A stretch of 64,000 bases of DNA from Patescibacteria group bacterium (lineage in GTDB: Bacteria; Patescibacteriota; Minisyncoccia; Phycocordibacterales; Phycocordibacteraceae). Positions 35,286-44,158 of this stretch are shown here, in pieces. Location of the stretch: positions 553,209 through 617,208 of the forward strand of contig JAIELV010000001.1 of NCBI GenBank assembly GCA_019752595.1. The letters run 5' to 3'. The position numbers and the translations under genes were made by a program. Under the pieces are notes generated by a model that worked only from the letters and a program-made list of their open reading frames with translations, was not told the DNA's origin and made no database searches. Position 1 is the first letter of the stretch. The number at the start of each line of letters is the position of its first letter.

Positions 35286-35531
35286 TTATTTCACTACTTC
35301 GAAATGCTTATGCTTTGACAGTGGTCGTGTAGAGCGGATGGTGACCTTGTCTCCTATCTGTGCGGTGTTGCCTGGGTCATGCGCGAGGTATTTCTTGGTG
35401 CGCATAGAATACTTCTTGTACTTTGGGTGCTTCACGTATGCGGAAACCGCAACCGAAACCGTGTCTTTCATTTTGTTTGAGACAACGACGCCGACCAAAG
35501 TCTTCTTCTGTACTGCTGTTTTTGTTTCCAT
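35286..35531 (-). CDS. rpsQ: 30S ribosomal protein S17
   Basis: KTLVGVVVSNKMKDTVSVAVS...YLAHDPGNTAQIGDKVTIRSTRPLSKHKHFEVV, uS17. Confidence 0.9.
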   Translation of the reverse strand: METKTAVQKKTLVGVVVSNKMKDTVSVAVSAYVKHPKYKKYSMRTKKYLAHDPGNTAQIGDKVTIRSTRPLSKHKHFEVVK

Positions 35532-35534
35532 ACG

Positions 35535-35726
35535 TTAGGCTTTATTTGATTCACTCATAACAGTTTTGATGCGGGCGATGTCTTTGCGGATTGCTCGTGC
35601 GCGCTTCACATTTTTCGTTCTCCCGCCCGACATACCGAAACGAAATTCACGAAGCTCTGTTTCAAGCTCGGTAAGCTCTTTCGTAAGGTCTGCCCCGCTC
35701 TTCTTTCTGATGTCTTTTGCTTTCAT
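35535..35726 (-). CDS. rpmC: 50S ribosomal protein L29 (start at MKAKDIRKK)
   Basis: MKAKDIRKKSGADLTKELTELETELREFRF, uL29. The longer track ORF overlaps rplP and probably over-extends. Confidence 0.85.
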   Translation of the reverse strand: MKAKDIRKKSGADLTKELTELETELREFRFGMSGGRTKNVKRARAIRKDIARIKTVMSESNKA

Positions 35727-35730
35727 ATGT

Positions 35731-36150
35731 TTATGCACGACTGACGACAACGCTTTTAAGAGGAAGTTTTGCACCTGCCTTCTTCAAAGCTTCGCGTGCA
35801 GTCTTGTCATCCAAACCGTCAATTTCGTAAATCAAACGTCCAGGTTTTATGTCGCAAATGAAGCGGTACGGGTCACCCTTTCCTTTACCCATCGGTAGTT
35901 CTCCACCTTTTTTGGTCTCAGGACGGTCGGGAAATACGCGAACCCACACACGGCCAGTCTTGCCCAAGAGGCGTGCCATTGCGCGACGTCCTGCTTCAAT
36001 CTGATTTGAAGAAATGCGGGCAGGCGTCGTTGCTTTCAGTGCGTGTGAGCCGAAGGAAATAGTAATACCGCGGGTCGCGACCTGCTTCTTGGCTGGGTTC
36101 ACTCGCATCGAGTGCCACTTTCTGAATTTTACTTTTTTAGGAAATAACAT
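35731..36150 (-). CDS. rplP: 50S ribosomal protein L16
   Basis: MLFPKKVKFRKWHSMRV...GRRAMARLLGKTGRVWVRVFPD, uL16. Confidence 0.9.
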   Translation of the reverse strand: MLFPKKVKFRKWHSMRVNPAKKQVATRGITISFGSHALKATTPARISSNQIEAGRRAMARLLGKTGRVWVRVFPDRPETKKGGELPMGKGKGDPYRFICDIKPGRLIYEIDGLDDKTAREALKKAGAKLPLKSVVVSRA

Positions 36151-36168
36151 AGTGGTAGTGAAAGATGC

Positions 36169-36837
36169 TTATTTTGTTCTCTCGGCAAACACATCTCCCT
36201 TATAGATCCAGACAGTCACACCGATAGTACCCAAAGGAAGTTGCGCTTCGTCGTGTGCGTAATCAATATCTGCGCGGAACGTCTGAAGCGGAATTCTACC
36301 TTTCTTCAACTCTTCTTTGCGGGACATTGATGCTGCACCGAGCATTCCTGAAACTGCAATACGAACTCCTTTCACATCGCGGTTTGCCATCACTTTATCA
36401 ATCGTCTGCTTCATGACACGTCTAAACGGCATGCGCTTCTCCAAACCTTCAACCACCATCGCTGCAACAATTGCTGAGTTTGATTCGGGAGAACGGACTT
36501 CAATAATATCCAAATGCATCTGTGGAACTGACGTCAATTTCAACGTTTTCATGAGTTGAACCAAGTCCTTCTTGAGTTTCGTTGCTGATTCACCTGAGCG
36601 ACCGATAATCATACCGGGGCGTGCCGTGTGAATCTGGACGCGAAGGTCTTTCTGTGAGCGTTCGATTTCAATGTTTGAAACGTAATTGCCTTTCAGACGC
36701 TTTGCCAAAAAGCCACGGAGCGCTGCATCCGTCTTCACAAACTCGCGCATTTTCTTTGCGCTTCCTGCATACCAGCGGCTCTTCCAGTCACGGATAATGC
36801 CAAGGCGGTGTGCGTAAGGATGTACAATTTTTGTCAT
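36169..36837 (-). CDS. rpsC: 30S ribosomal protein S3
   Basis: KH-domain N-terminus and C-terminal domain GVRIAVSGMLGAASMSRKEELKKGRIPLQTFRADIDYA, uS3. Confidence 0.9.
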   Translation of the reverse strand: MTKIVHPYAHRLGIIRDWKSRWYAGSAKKMREFVKTDAALRGFLAKRLKGNYVSNIEIERSQKDLRVQIHTARPGMIIGRSGESATKLKKDLVQLMKTLKLTSVPQMHLDIIEVRSPESNSAIVAAMVVEGLEKRMPFRRVMKQTIDKVMANRDVKGVRIAVSGMLGAASMSRKEELKKGRIPLQTFRADIDYAHDEAQLPLGTIGVTVWIYKGDVFAERTK

Positions 36838-36838
36838 A

Positions 36839-37276
36839 TTACTTTTTTTCTGCTGACTTCTTTACCGTTTTCTTTGCCACTTTCTTCGCTACTGGTGCTA
36901 CCCCAGCGCCTCCGCGTGCCGCAATTTTCTTTGCGCGCTTTGACTGCTTCGGGATTCCCTTCTCAAGTGTGATGGTCACATGGCTCATGCGGTGACGGAT
37001 AGTTGCAGCACGGCCGAATGCCCGAGGAAACATGCGCTTTGCAACGATACCTTTGTTGACTGTAATGTTCTTCACAATAAGACCGCGTGCGTCTTCCCCC
37101 TGCTTTTCTGCATTTGCGATAGCAGAAGCCAAGAGCTTTGCCATCGGGGATGCGGCTCGTTTATTCAAAAATTTAAGCGCAATCAAAGCGTCAGAAACGG
37201 TTTTACCCTTTACCAAATCAGTCACGAGACGTGTTTTGCGGGGAGACTGGCGATAATTTGTGAGTGTGGCTTTCAT
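36839..37276 (-). CDS. rplV: 50S ribosomal protein L22, with a Lys/Ala-rich C-terminal tail
   Basis: YRQSPRKTRLVTDLVKGKTVSDALIALKF...RMFPRAFGRAATIRHRMSHVTI, uL22. Confidence 0.9.
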   Translation of the reverse strand: MKATLTNYRQSPRKTRLVTDLVKGKTVSDALIALKFLNKRAASPMAKLLASAIANAEKQGEDARGLIVKNITVNKGIVAKRMFPRAFGRAATIRHRMSHVTITLEKGIPKQSKRAKKIAARGGAGVAPVAKKVAKKTVKKSAEKK

Positions 37277-37304
37277 GAGTTACGTGTAGTGAGCGTAGTT
37301 CGAA

Positions 37305-37652
37305 CTATTTCTTCTTTGCATCGGCTGCGGGTGCTTTTGCAGCTTGTGCGGCTGCTATTTCAGCCTCTTTCTTCTTCTGTTCAAGCTCTTTCTGCATCTT
37401 TCCTCCGTGACGAGTGAATTTAGTTGACGGTGAAAATTCACCGAGGCGGTGACCAACCATTTCTTCAGTAACAAGGACATCAATGAAATCCTTTCCGTTG
37501 TGAACCGCAAACGTAAAACCAACCATTTCAGGTGAAATTTCAGACGAACGCGCCCATGTTTTTATGGGAGCGGTTGCGCTTGGTTTCTTTCCGTCAATTT
37601 TCTTCAAAAGTTTGAAGTAGACGTACGGACCTTTTTTGAGTGATCGTGCCAT
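37305..37652 (-). CDS. rpsS: 30S ribosomal protein S19, with a Lys/Ala/Glu-rich C-terminal extension (start at [11 protein letters not shown])
   Basis: [19 protein letters not shown]...[17 protein letters not shown], uS19. Confidence 0.9.
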   Translation of the reverse strand: MARSLKKGPYVYFKLLKKIDGKKPSATAPIKTWARSSEISPEMVGFTFAVHNGKDFIDVLVTEEMVGHRLGEFSPSTKFTRHGGKMQKELEQKKKEAEIAAAQAAKAPAADAKKK

Positions 37653-37731
37653 TGTTTTTATTTCAGAAAAAGAAAACGCCTTTCGGCTCGCTTGAAGATA
37701 CACCTTCTCGCCTCACCCGTCAACCTCAAAA

Positions 37732-38507
37732 AGTGCTACACTTAGTATAGCACATTCCTGAGGAATGTGCTATACTAAGTGTTGAACATGATTAAAAAAT
37801 CACGACATGGAGTTGCCCCAGGCGAGTATTATCATATTTTTAACCGCGGAAGTAATCGTAGCGCTATCTTTACCGACAAAGCAGAGCGCCAGCGATTTCT
37901 TTTCAACATCCTGTACCTGCAATCCCCCGAATCGTTCAGGAACGTAAATCGTATTTCGGGAAATTATACCCCTGACGAAGGATTCCCTGTGTCCGCTGAA
38001 GCGACGGAAGCGATACTGAAGAATCGCTACGTAGAACTAGTGTCATTCTGTCTCATGCCGAACCACTTCCACCTTATGGTCAAAGAGGTAGAAGACGGCG
38101 GAATTGCGAAGTATATGCACCGTGTGGCGGTTGGGTATGCAAAGTATTTCGGTGAAAAACATGAACATTCAGGGCATGTGTTCCAAGGCTCATATAAAGC
38201 CGTCCCTGTGACTGACAATCGCCAGCTTCTTTACCTTTCGGCCTATATACACAAAAATCCACACGAACTTGCTGACTGGAAAGGGCGCGAGGCTGAATAT
38301 CCGTGGTCATCGCTCCAAGACTTCACTGTCGCGAACCGTTGGGGAGGATTGATTGTGCCTGACATCATTACAGGGCAATTCGAACAAACAAAAAACAGCA
38401 ATTACGCTGATTTTGTGAAAAGCTCAACCGCGAAACTTCTTAAAGAAGAACTTGCTGACCTCAATCTCCCGTAAAACAAAAAGTGCTATACTTAGTATAG
38501 CACTTTT
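37732..38507 (+). mobile_element. REP-RAYT-REP unit: an IS200-like Y1 (HUH) transposase gene flanked by inverted REP palindromes, inserted antisense between rpsS and rplB
   Basis: 5' flank: GTGCTACACTTAGTATAGCAC plus a nested 41-bp perfect palindrome ACTTAGTATAGCACATTCCTGAGGAATGTGCTATACTAAGT (37740..37780). 3' flank: AAAAGTGCTATACTTAGTATAGCACTTTT (38479..38507). The transposase ORF lies between them. Confidence 0.7.
37788..38474 (+). CDS. REP-associated tyrosine transposase (RAYT; IS200/IS605 TnpA-like Y1 HUH enzyme, E. coli YafM-type)
   Basis: N-terminal GEYYHIFNRGSNRSAIF block. HUH motif in LMPNHFHLMV. HVFQGSYKAV, and catalytic-tyrosine motif SAYIHKNPHE. Opposite strand to the surrounding r-protein genes. 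Confidence 0.75.
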   Translation: MIKKSRHGVAPGEYYHIFNRGSNRSAIFTDKAERQRFLFNILYLQSPESFRNVNRISGNYTPDEGFPVSAEATEAILKNRYVELVSFCLMPNHFHLMVKEVEDGGIAKYMHRVAVGYAKYFGEKHEHSGHVFQGSYKAVPVTDNRQLLYLSAYIHKNPHELADWKGREAEYPWSSLQDFTVANRWGGLIVPDIITGQFEQTKNSNYADFVKSSTAKLLKEELADLNLP

Positions 38508-38520
38508 GGATTTGAGAAAA

Positions 38521-38548
38521 CAAAAACAGCCCCTGCGGGCTGTTTTTG
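38521..38548. terminator. Bidirectional terminator (CAGCCC-CTGC-GGGCTG with A-run 5' and T-run 3')
   Basis: Serves the + strand RAYT gene, and the minus-strand rplB whose stop is at 38554. Confidence 0.6.
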
Positions 38549-38553
38549 TTTCG

Positions 38554-39411
38554 TTATGCGCCCTTTCGTTTCTTGCCGACTTTGCGACGAGAAACAATGA
38601 ACGGATTCGAGTATTTCTTCGGTGTGCGCGACTTCTGACCCTTGCCTGTCGGCTTGCCCCACATGCTCTTTGCACGGCGCAAACCTCGACCCTGACGTCC
38701 CTCTCCTCCTCCGTGTGGGTGGTCTACTGGGTTCATTGCAGTACCGCGAACGGTTGGGCGGATACCCATGCGGCGTGAGCGGCCTGCTTTACCAAGTTCA
38801 ACCAAGTGATGCGACGGATTTGAAACTTCTCCAATTGATGCCCATGCAGTATCAACGACTTTACGAATTTCAGTAGAAGGAAGTTTCAACTGTGCGTAGC
38901 CAGCGTCCAATGCCACGAGCTCCGCGTAATTTCCAGCTGAGCGTCCAAACTTTGCTCCACCGTTTGCGTGAATTTCAATATTGTAGATGAACGTACCGAC
39001 AGGAATATTTCTGAGTGGCAAGCGGTTACCAGGAGTGATTGGTGCGGTTTCTGACGAAATAACCGTGTCATCAACTTTCAAAGACTGAGGGGCGAGGATG
39101 TAGCGACGTTCACCGTCTTTGTAGACAACGCGCGCGATAAAGCCCGAGCGGAAAGGGTCGTACTCAATGTGCTCTACGCGACCTGGAATATTTTTCTTAT
39201 CAAAAATGAAATCCACGATGCGCACGCGTTTCTTGTGTCCGCCTCCTTGGTGACGAGTGGTAATGCGACCCGCAGAGTTTCGTCCTGCACGGTTCTTCTT
39301 ACCCTTCGTCAAAGATTTGAGCGGGGTATCCGTCGTGAGGTAGTCACGGTAACGAACAACGCTCATGTGGCGTGTGCTTTTTGTTCTTGCTTTGTAGTTT
39401 CTAATAGACAT
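38554..39411 (-). CDS. rplB: 50S ribosomal protein L2
   Basis: uL2 core including GRNSAGRITTRHQGGGHKKRVRIVDF and C-terminal HPHGGGEGR. Confidence 0.95.
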   Translation of the reverse strand: MSIRNYKARTKSTRHMSVVRYRDYLTTDTPLKSLTKGKKNRAGRNSAGRITTRHQGGGHKKRVRIVDFIFDKKNIPGRVEHIEYDPFRSGFIARVVYKDGERRYILAPQSLKVDDTVISSETAPITPGNRLPLRNIPVGTFIYNIEIHANGGAKFGRSAGNYAELVALDAGYAQLKLPSTEIRKVVDTAWASIGEVSNPSHHLVELGKAGRSRRMGIRPTVRGTAMNPVDHPHGGGEGRQGRGLRRAKSMWGKPTGKGQKSRTPKKYSNPFIVSRRKVGKKRKGA

Positions 39412-39428
39412 ATGTTTTCGTTATCAAA

Positions 39429-39827
39429 TTATGAGAACTGAATTTCCTGACCTTTCTTCAAAGTGACATATGCTTTTCTTCCTGCGCTCGATTTACCGAA
39501 ACCGCGCTTCGTGCGCATACGTACGCGCTTTGCAGGAGTGTTTACGGTCGTAACCTTAATCGGATCAACTTTGTAGAGCTTCTTCACCGCGTCCGCAACA
39601 TCCTTCTTCGTCGCATTTTTGCGAATATCAAATGTGTACACATGATTCACCGTCATGTTTGCAGCTTTTTCAGTTATGCGTGGGCGAACCAAGACATCCT
39701 TCACGCCGAGAACTGCAACTACTTTTGCAACTTTCTTTTCTGCAGGCGCAGCAACAGTTTTAGCCGCTGCCTTTTTCTGAGGAGCTGCTTTCTTTGTCTC
39801 TGCTTTTTTGTTTCCGAAGATTGCCAT
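39429..39827 (-). CDS. rplW: 50S ribosomal protein L23, with an Ala/Lys-rich N-terminal extension
   Basis: DVLVRPRITEKAANMTVNHVYTFDIRKNATKKDVADAVKKLYKV, uL23. Confidence 0.9.
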   Translation of the reverse strand: MAIFGNKKAETKKAAPQKKAAAKTVAAPAEKKVAKVVAVLGVKDVLVRPRITEKAANMTVNHVYTFDIRKNATKKDVADAVKKLYKVDPIKVTTVNTPAKRVRMRTKRGFGKSSAGRKAYVTLKKGQEIQFS

Positions 39828-39837
39828 ACAGTTTTAT

Positions 39838-40506
39838 TTATTTACTCTCGAGGCGTGATGCCAAAAGTTTAACGCTTGCTTCAGGGTTGACCACAACCAA
39901 GTAGCGGTATTTCAAGATATCAACTGGGTTTGCGTTTCGTGTTTCTTCAGTCATGACGTTACCCATGTTGCTGAAGCTTTTCATAACTGCGTCTGATTTA
40001 CCACTCAAGAGGAAAAGTGCTGCGTTGTTCCTTCGTGTCGCCAATTCTGCAAATCCTTTTACCTTTGCAAGACCTCCGAGAGCTGCCTTTGCGTCTTTCG
40101 TCTTTGGTGCTGTCATCGGGAGTGAGTCAACAAACAACAAGCGTCCGTCTTTCATTTTCTGGGTAAGCGCAATCGCAACTGCCTTTGCGCGCATTTTCTT
40201 GTTCAACTTTTGAGAATAATCCTTGTCTTTCAAAGGTCCGTGTGTTGTACCTCCGCCTCTCCAAATCGGTGAACGAATAGAACCGTGGCGAGCGCGACCT
40301 GTGCCTTTCTGCTTCCACGGCTTCTTGCCTCCTCCACGAACATCACCGCGGCCCTTGGTGTGCGCAACGGGAGTTCTCTTGTTTGCTTCAATACCAAGAA
40401 CAATCTGGCGCAACAGTGCGTCATTTCTCTTTGCGTCAAACAAAGCCTCTGGGAGTTCTACTGACCCGACTTCGCTACCTTTGATGTTGTAAACCGATGC
40501 TTTCAT
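39838..40506 (-). CDS. rplD: 50S ribosomal protein L4
   Basis: GRGDVRGGGKKPWKQKGTGRARHGSIRSPIWRGGGTTHGP, uL4. Confidence 0.9.
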   Translation of the reverse strand: MKASVYNIKGSEVGSVELPEALFDAKRNDALLRQIVLGIEANKRTPVAHTKGRGDVRGGGKKPWKQKGTGRARHGSIRSPIWRGGGTTHGPLKDKDYSQKLNKKMRAKAVAIALTQKMKDGRLLFVDSLPMTAPKTKDAKAALGGLAKVKGFAELATRRNNAALFLLSGKSDAVMKSFSNMGNVMTEETRNANPVDILKYRYLVVVNPEASVKLLASRLESK

Positions 40507-40507
40507 A

Positions 40508-41116
40508 TTATTTTGAAACTATCTCGACGAGCGTACCGCGGCGACCAGGAACAGCTCCTTCGATAAGGAGTTCTCCCTTTTCCACGTCAACGCGAATAAC
40601 AGTAAGATTCGGAACCGTAATGCGGTCACCCCCCATGCGGCCTGCCATTTTCATACCCTTCACCACGCGACCTCCTGCGCGACCTGGACCGCCTCCTGAA
40701 GAACCTCTTTCGCGTTCAGAGTGTTTCTGACCGTGTGTGCGAGGACCTCCTGCAAAACCGTGGCGCTTCACCACGCCCTGGAAACCTTTACCTTTTGAAA
40801 TTGCGGAAACCTGTACTTTCTCTCCTTCTTTAAAATCAGTTGCCAAAACTTCATTGCCAACAGCAAATGCAGAAACATCGTCCATGCGAAATTCTTTCAA
40901 GCCACGGACGTTGCCTTTCGGCTTCTGTGCTTTGTTGATGCGAAATTCTTTCTGCTCACCATACCCCACCTGAACTGCCGTATAGCCGTCCGTCTCTTTG
41001 CTTTTGACCTGAGTAACAACAGTCTTCTGAAGTACGAGCACAGTGACAGGATGAACCACGCCATCTGCGTCGAAGACCTGCGTCATGCCTTTTTTTGTTC
41101 CTAGAATGAATTTCAT
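40508..41116 (-). CDS. rplC: 50S ribosomal protein L3
   Basis: MKFILGTKKGMTQVFDADGVVHPVTVL...KGKGFQGVVKRHGF, uL3. Confidence 0.9.
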   Translation of the reverse strand: MKFILGTKKGMTQVFDADGVVHPVTVLVLQKTVVTQVKSKETDGYTAVQVGYGEQKEFRINKAQKPKGNVRGLKEFRMDDVSAFAVGNEVLATDFKEGEKVQVSAISKGKGFQGVVKRHGFAGGPRTHGQKHSERERGSSGGGPGRAGGRVVKGMKMAGRMGGDRITVPNLTVIRVDVEKGELLIEGAVPGRRGTLVEIVSK

Positions 41117-41242
41117 GAAAGAAAAATGCGCTCAAAGTATTCCTGCTTTGTGCGCGAATACCATTGGTCCGAAAGTTGCCTATTGGGCTTTCGTACGTAG
41201 CGTTAGGAGACTATACATGAGGGTCAAAAAAGATGCAAGGAT

Positions 41243-41629
41243 CTATGTTTGACGAATTTCCCTTAAAAACAAATCGTGAACTGCAAGCGTTCTTTTGAGG
41301 TTACTCAACCGAATACCGTCGTCAGAGGGGCTCACCTGTTCGGTTTTAATGAGACTTTGGAGAATTTGAATATTTAACTCTAGAGAACCAGTTATGGTAG
41401 CAGGGACGTACTGCTTCTTTGGCCCGCGTCCCGTCATCAAATGTGCCTCTAAAAAACCTTCTGGGTTGGAAGTTGCAAAAGCCTGTTCTACAAGATCAAC
41501 CACTCGCCTACTTAATTCGTCCATTGTTCTTTGACTATCCTCACTCCAATGCATTCGCTCAATCTCTCGGCCTAAACGCTCCGATTGCCTAGCGCGCCAC
41601 GCCTTTTTCATCCTATTAATCCATTCCAT
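41243..41629 (-). CDS. Hypothetical protein (128 aa) inserted between rpsJ and rplC
   Basis: ORF preceded on the minus strand by a strong terminator and an AT-rich promoter-like stretch. No family recognised. Confidence 0.45.
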   Translation of the reverse strand: MEWINRMKKAWRARQSERLGREIERMHWSEDSQRTMDELSRRVVDLVEQAFATSNPEGFLEAHLMTGRGPKKQYVPATITGSLELNIQILQSLIKTEQVSPSDDGIRLSNLKRTLAVHDLFLREIRQT

Positions 41630-41643
41630 ATTTTTTATAGTAA

Positions 41644-41677
41644 CAAAAAACCACCCTTTCGGGCGGTTTTTTGTTTT
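41644..41677 (-). terminator. Rho-independent terminator downstream of rpsJ (CCACCC-TTTC-GGGCGG followed by TTTTTTGTTTT on the minus strand)
   Basis: Hairpin plus long T-run 4 nt after the rpsJ stop. Breaks the tuf/rpsJ unit from rplC. Confidence 0.6.
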
Positions 41678-41680
41678 GCT

Positions 41681-42061
41681 TTAGAGCATCTTCACATCAA
41701 CCGAAACCCCAGACGGCAATGACAAGTTTGTCAGAGCGTCGATGATTTTCGGAGTCGGATTCAAGATGTCGATGATTCTTTTGTGTGTGCGGATTTCAAA
41801 CTGCTCACGGGCATCTTTGTAGATGAACGTTGAAGCGTTGACCGTAAATTTTCTGATATCAGTTGGAAGTGGTACGGGACCCACAATCACCGCATCAAAG
41901 CGGAGTGCGGTATCAATAATCTGCTTCACTGATTGATCAAGAACTTTATGGTCATAGCCGCGAACTTTCAGGCGCAGTTTTGCTGCTGCCGCTTCCGCTG
42001 CTTTTGCTGTCTTTGCCGAGCTCTTTCGAGAAGGCGTCTTTTTTGTAGTTGATTCAGCCAT
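41681..42061 (-). CDS. rpsJ: 30S ribosomal protein S10, with an Ala/Lys-rich N-terminal extension
   Basis: LRLKVRGYDHKVLDQSVKQIIDTALRFDAVIVGPVPLPT...FEIRTHKRIIDI, uS10. Confidence 0.9.
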   Translation of the reverse strand: MAESTTKKTPSRKSSAKTAKAAEAAAAKLRLKVRGYDHKVLDQSVKQIIDTALRFDAVIVGPVPLPTDIRKFTVNASTFIYKDAREQFEIRTHKRIIDILNPTPKIIDALTNLSLPSGVSVDVKML

Positions 42062-42083
42062 ATGTGTACGCCTTCTCAGAGAA

Positions 42084-43280
42084 CTAAGCTACGATTTTCG
42101 TTACGACACCTGCGCCTACAGTCTTGCCTCCTTCACGGATAGCGAAGCGCTGCTGCTCTTCAAGTGCGACTGGTGCAACCAACTTCACTTTGAATTTGGT
42201 TGTGTCACCTGGCATAACCATTTCAACGCCTTCAGGCAAGGTTACATCTCCTGTCACGTCCGTCGTACGAACGTAGAACTGAGGTTTGTAGCCAGTGAAG
42301 AACGGCGTGTGGCGACCTCCTTCTTCCTTAGAAAGAATGTAGACCTCTGCTTCGAAATCAGTGTGCGGCGTAACTGAACCAGTCTTGCACAACACCTGAC
42401 CGCGGTGCACGTCTTCCTTCTTTGTACCGCGCAAGAGAATACCTGCGTTGTCGCCTGCCATACCTGACTGAAGCGACTTGTTGAACATTTCGATACCAGT
42501 GATGGTGGTCTTGACTGTCGGCTGAAGACCGATGATTTCAACTTCTTCACCAACCTTGATTTCTCCGCGTTCAATACGGCCCGTAACTACGGTACCGCGA
42601 CCTTCAATTGAGAAGATGTCTTCAATCGGCATCAAGAACGGCTTTGCGATATCGCGGACTGGGTCAGGAATAAATTCATCGAGTGCTTTCGCGAGCTCCA
42701 TGACTTTGTCTGACCATTCATTGCCTACTGCTGGGTTTTCAAGAGCCTTGAGGCCTGAACCACGGATAACCGGAGTTGCCTTGCCATCGAAGCCTTGCTT
42801 GGTCAAAAGTTCACGGACTTCTTCTTCAACCAAATCCACGAGGTCTTTATCGTCAACCATGTCTACCTTGTTGAGGAAGACGATGATTTTCGGAACGCCG
42901 ACCTGTTTAGCGAGGAGGATGTGTTCACGCGTCTGGGGCATCACACCGTCGGTTGCTGCAACCACGAGCACTGCGCCGTCCATTTGAGCGGCACCCGTAA
43001 TCATGTTCTTGATGTAGTCGGCGTGACCTGGAGCGTCGATGTGCGCATAGTGGCGCTTCGGCGTTTCATACTCCGAGTGGGAGAGAGAAATAGTAATACC
43101 ACGTGCCTTTTCTTCAGGCGCGTTGTCGATCTGATCAACACCTTTGACGGTTGCCGTATAGCCATTCCCTGCCTTTGAAAGGACAGTGAGGATGGCAGCA
43201 GTGAGTGTCGTCTTGCCGTGGTCCACGTGGCCGATAGTACCGACGTTGACGTGGGGCTTTGTTCTTGCAAAATCTACCAT
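42084..43280 (-). CDS. tuf: Elongation factor Tu
   Basis: [26 protein letters not shown], and the full three-domain EF-Tu. Confidence 0.95.
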   Translation of the reverse strand: MVDFARTKPHVNVGTIGHVDHGKTTLTAAILTVLSKAGNGYTATVKGVDQIDNAPEEKARGITISLSHSEYETPKRHYAHIDAPGHADYIKNMITGAAQMDGAVLVVAATDGVMPQTREHILLAKQVGVPKIIVFLNKVDMVDDKDLVDLVEEEVRELLTKQGFDGKATPVIRGSGLKALENPAVGNEWSDKVMELAKALDEFIPDPVRDIAKPFLMPIEDIFSIEGRGTVVTGRIERGEIKVGEEVEIIGLQPTVKTTITGIEMFNKSLQSGMAGDNAGILLRGTKKEDVHRGQVLCKTGSVTPHTDFEAEVYILSKEEGGRHTPFFTGYKPQFYVRTTDVTGDVTLPEGVEMVMPGDTTKFKVKLVAPVALEEQQRFAIREGGKTVGAGVVTKIVA

Positions 43281-44158
43281 ACGTTTTTATTAATTTTTTA
43301 ATTAACTTTTTACTTGTTTTAAAGAGCCTGCACAATAGAGCTCTTTGCCTCGCCTTAGGCCTCTAAAACCAGAGCCCATAGACGAAAAGAACGCGTGAAG
43401 CGTTAGGGTTAGTGTACGCATTCTTCGGAAACCGTCAAGTTTTCTAGGCTTCAATTCTCTTTATGCCTTATGCCGATCTCTCGCCACCCCTGTTGAAAGA
43501 ACAAACCTCTCCCCTTGTGCGGGCGCGGAATCAAAAAGCACCTCGTAGTTACTCCCCTGGCACGCCCCACCGATTGTCGAGCTATGTCGCGGTATCAGTG
43601 CACGGGATGGCTGATATGGATTATGTGGAGCAACCCTGAAGGTGGTTCTGCAAAAACGACACGTCACACTCCTTGGTGGAAGAGGCCCGAAGTCTTTTCT
43701 CGACTCAGGTGCTGCCATGTACTTATAATTCTACCTATCAAAAAACAATACGCTACCACCGAGTGTGCTTTGGCCGAACAAGGGTTACCGTCCCATACAT
43801 AATTGCTCATCCCAATTTTTATGACTCGGAATCGGCGTATACCCCCCAGCGTGAGGACGATACAAACGCACAAAACGATTACACTTCGGGCACGCGGTGT
43901 ACTCGGGTTCAGTAAAAATGTCGCTCCCTTCTTTGCTGTTGAATACCATCTTCCCGCATTAGTGAAGACGACTAAAAACCTGTGCTCCCATGAGGGTAAG
44001 ACACACTGCACCGCCACAATAATCCCCTTCGCGCGCAAGCATCGTACAGTCGTCCTCTGCACAGGTTTTATGTCCGCTCATCGGAGGCGGGATACGAAAT
44101 ACATCTCCAGACAAAACCCCTCTCTCGTGAGATTGAGCAGCTGACATAAAGAGTGAAT

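Noticed and set aside
43515-44147. Several 60-130-aa ORFs on both strands in the tuf-fusA spacer
   Set aside because: Mutually overlapping, no recognisable family. Kept only as a finding about the spacer, not as genes.
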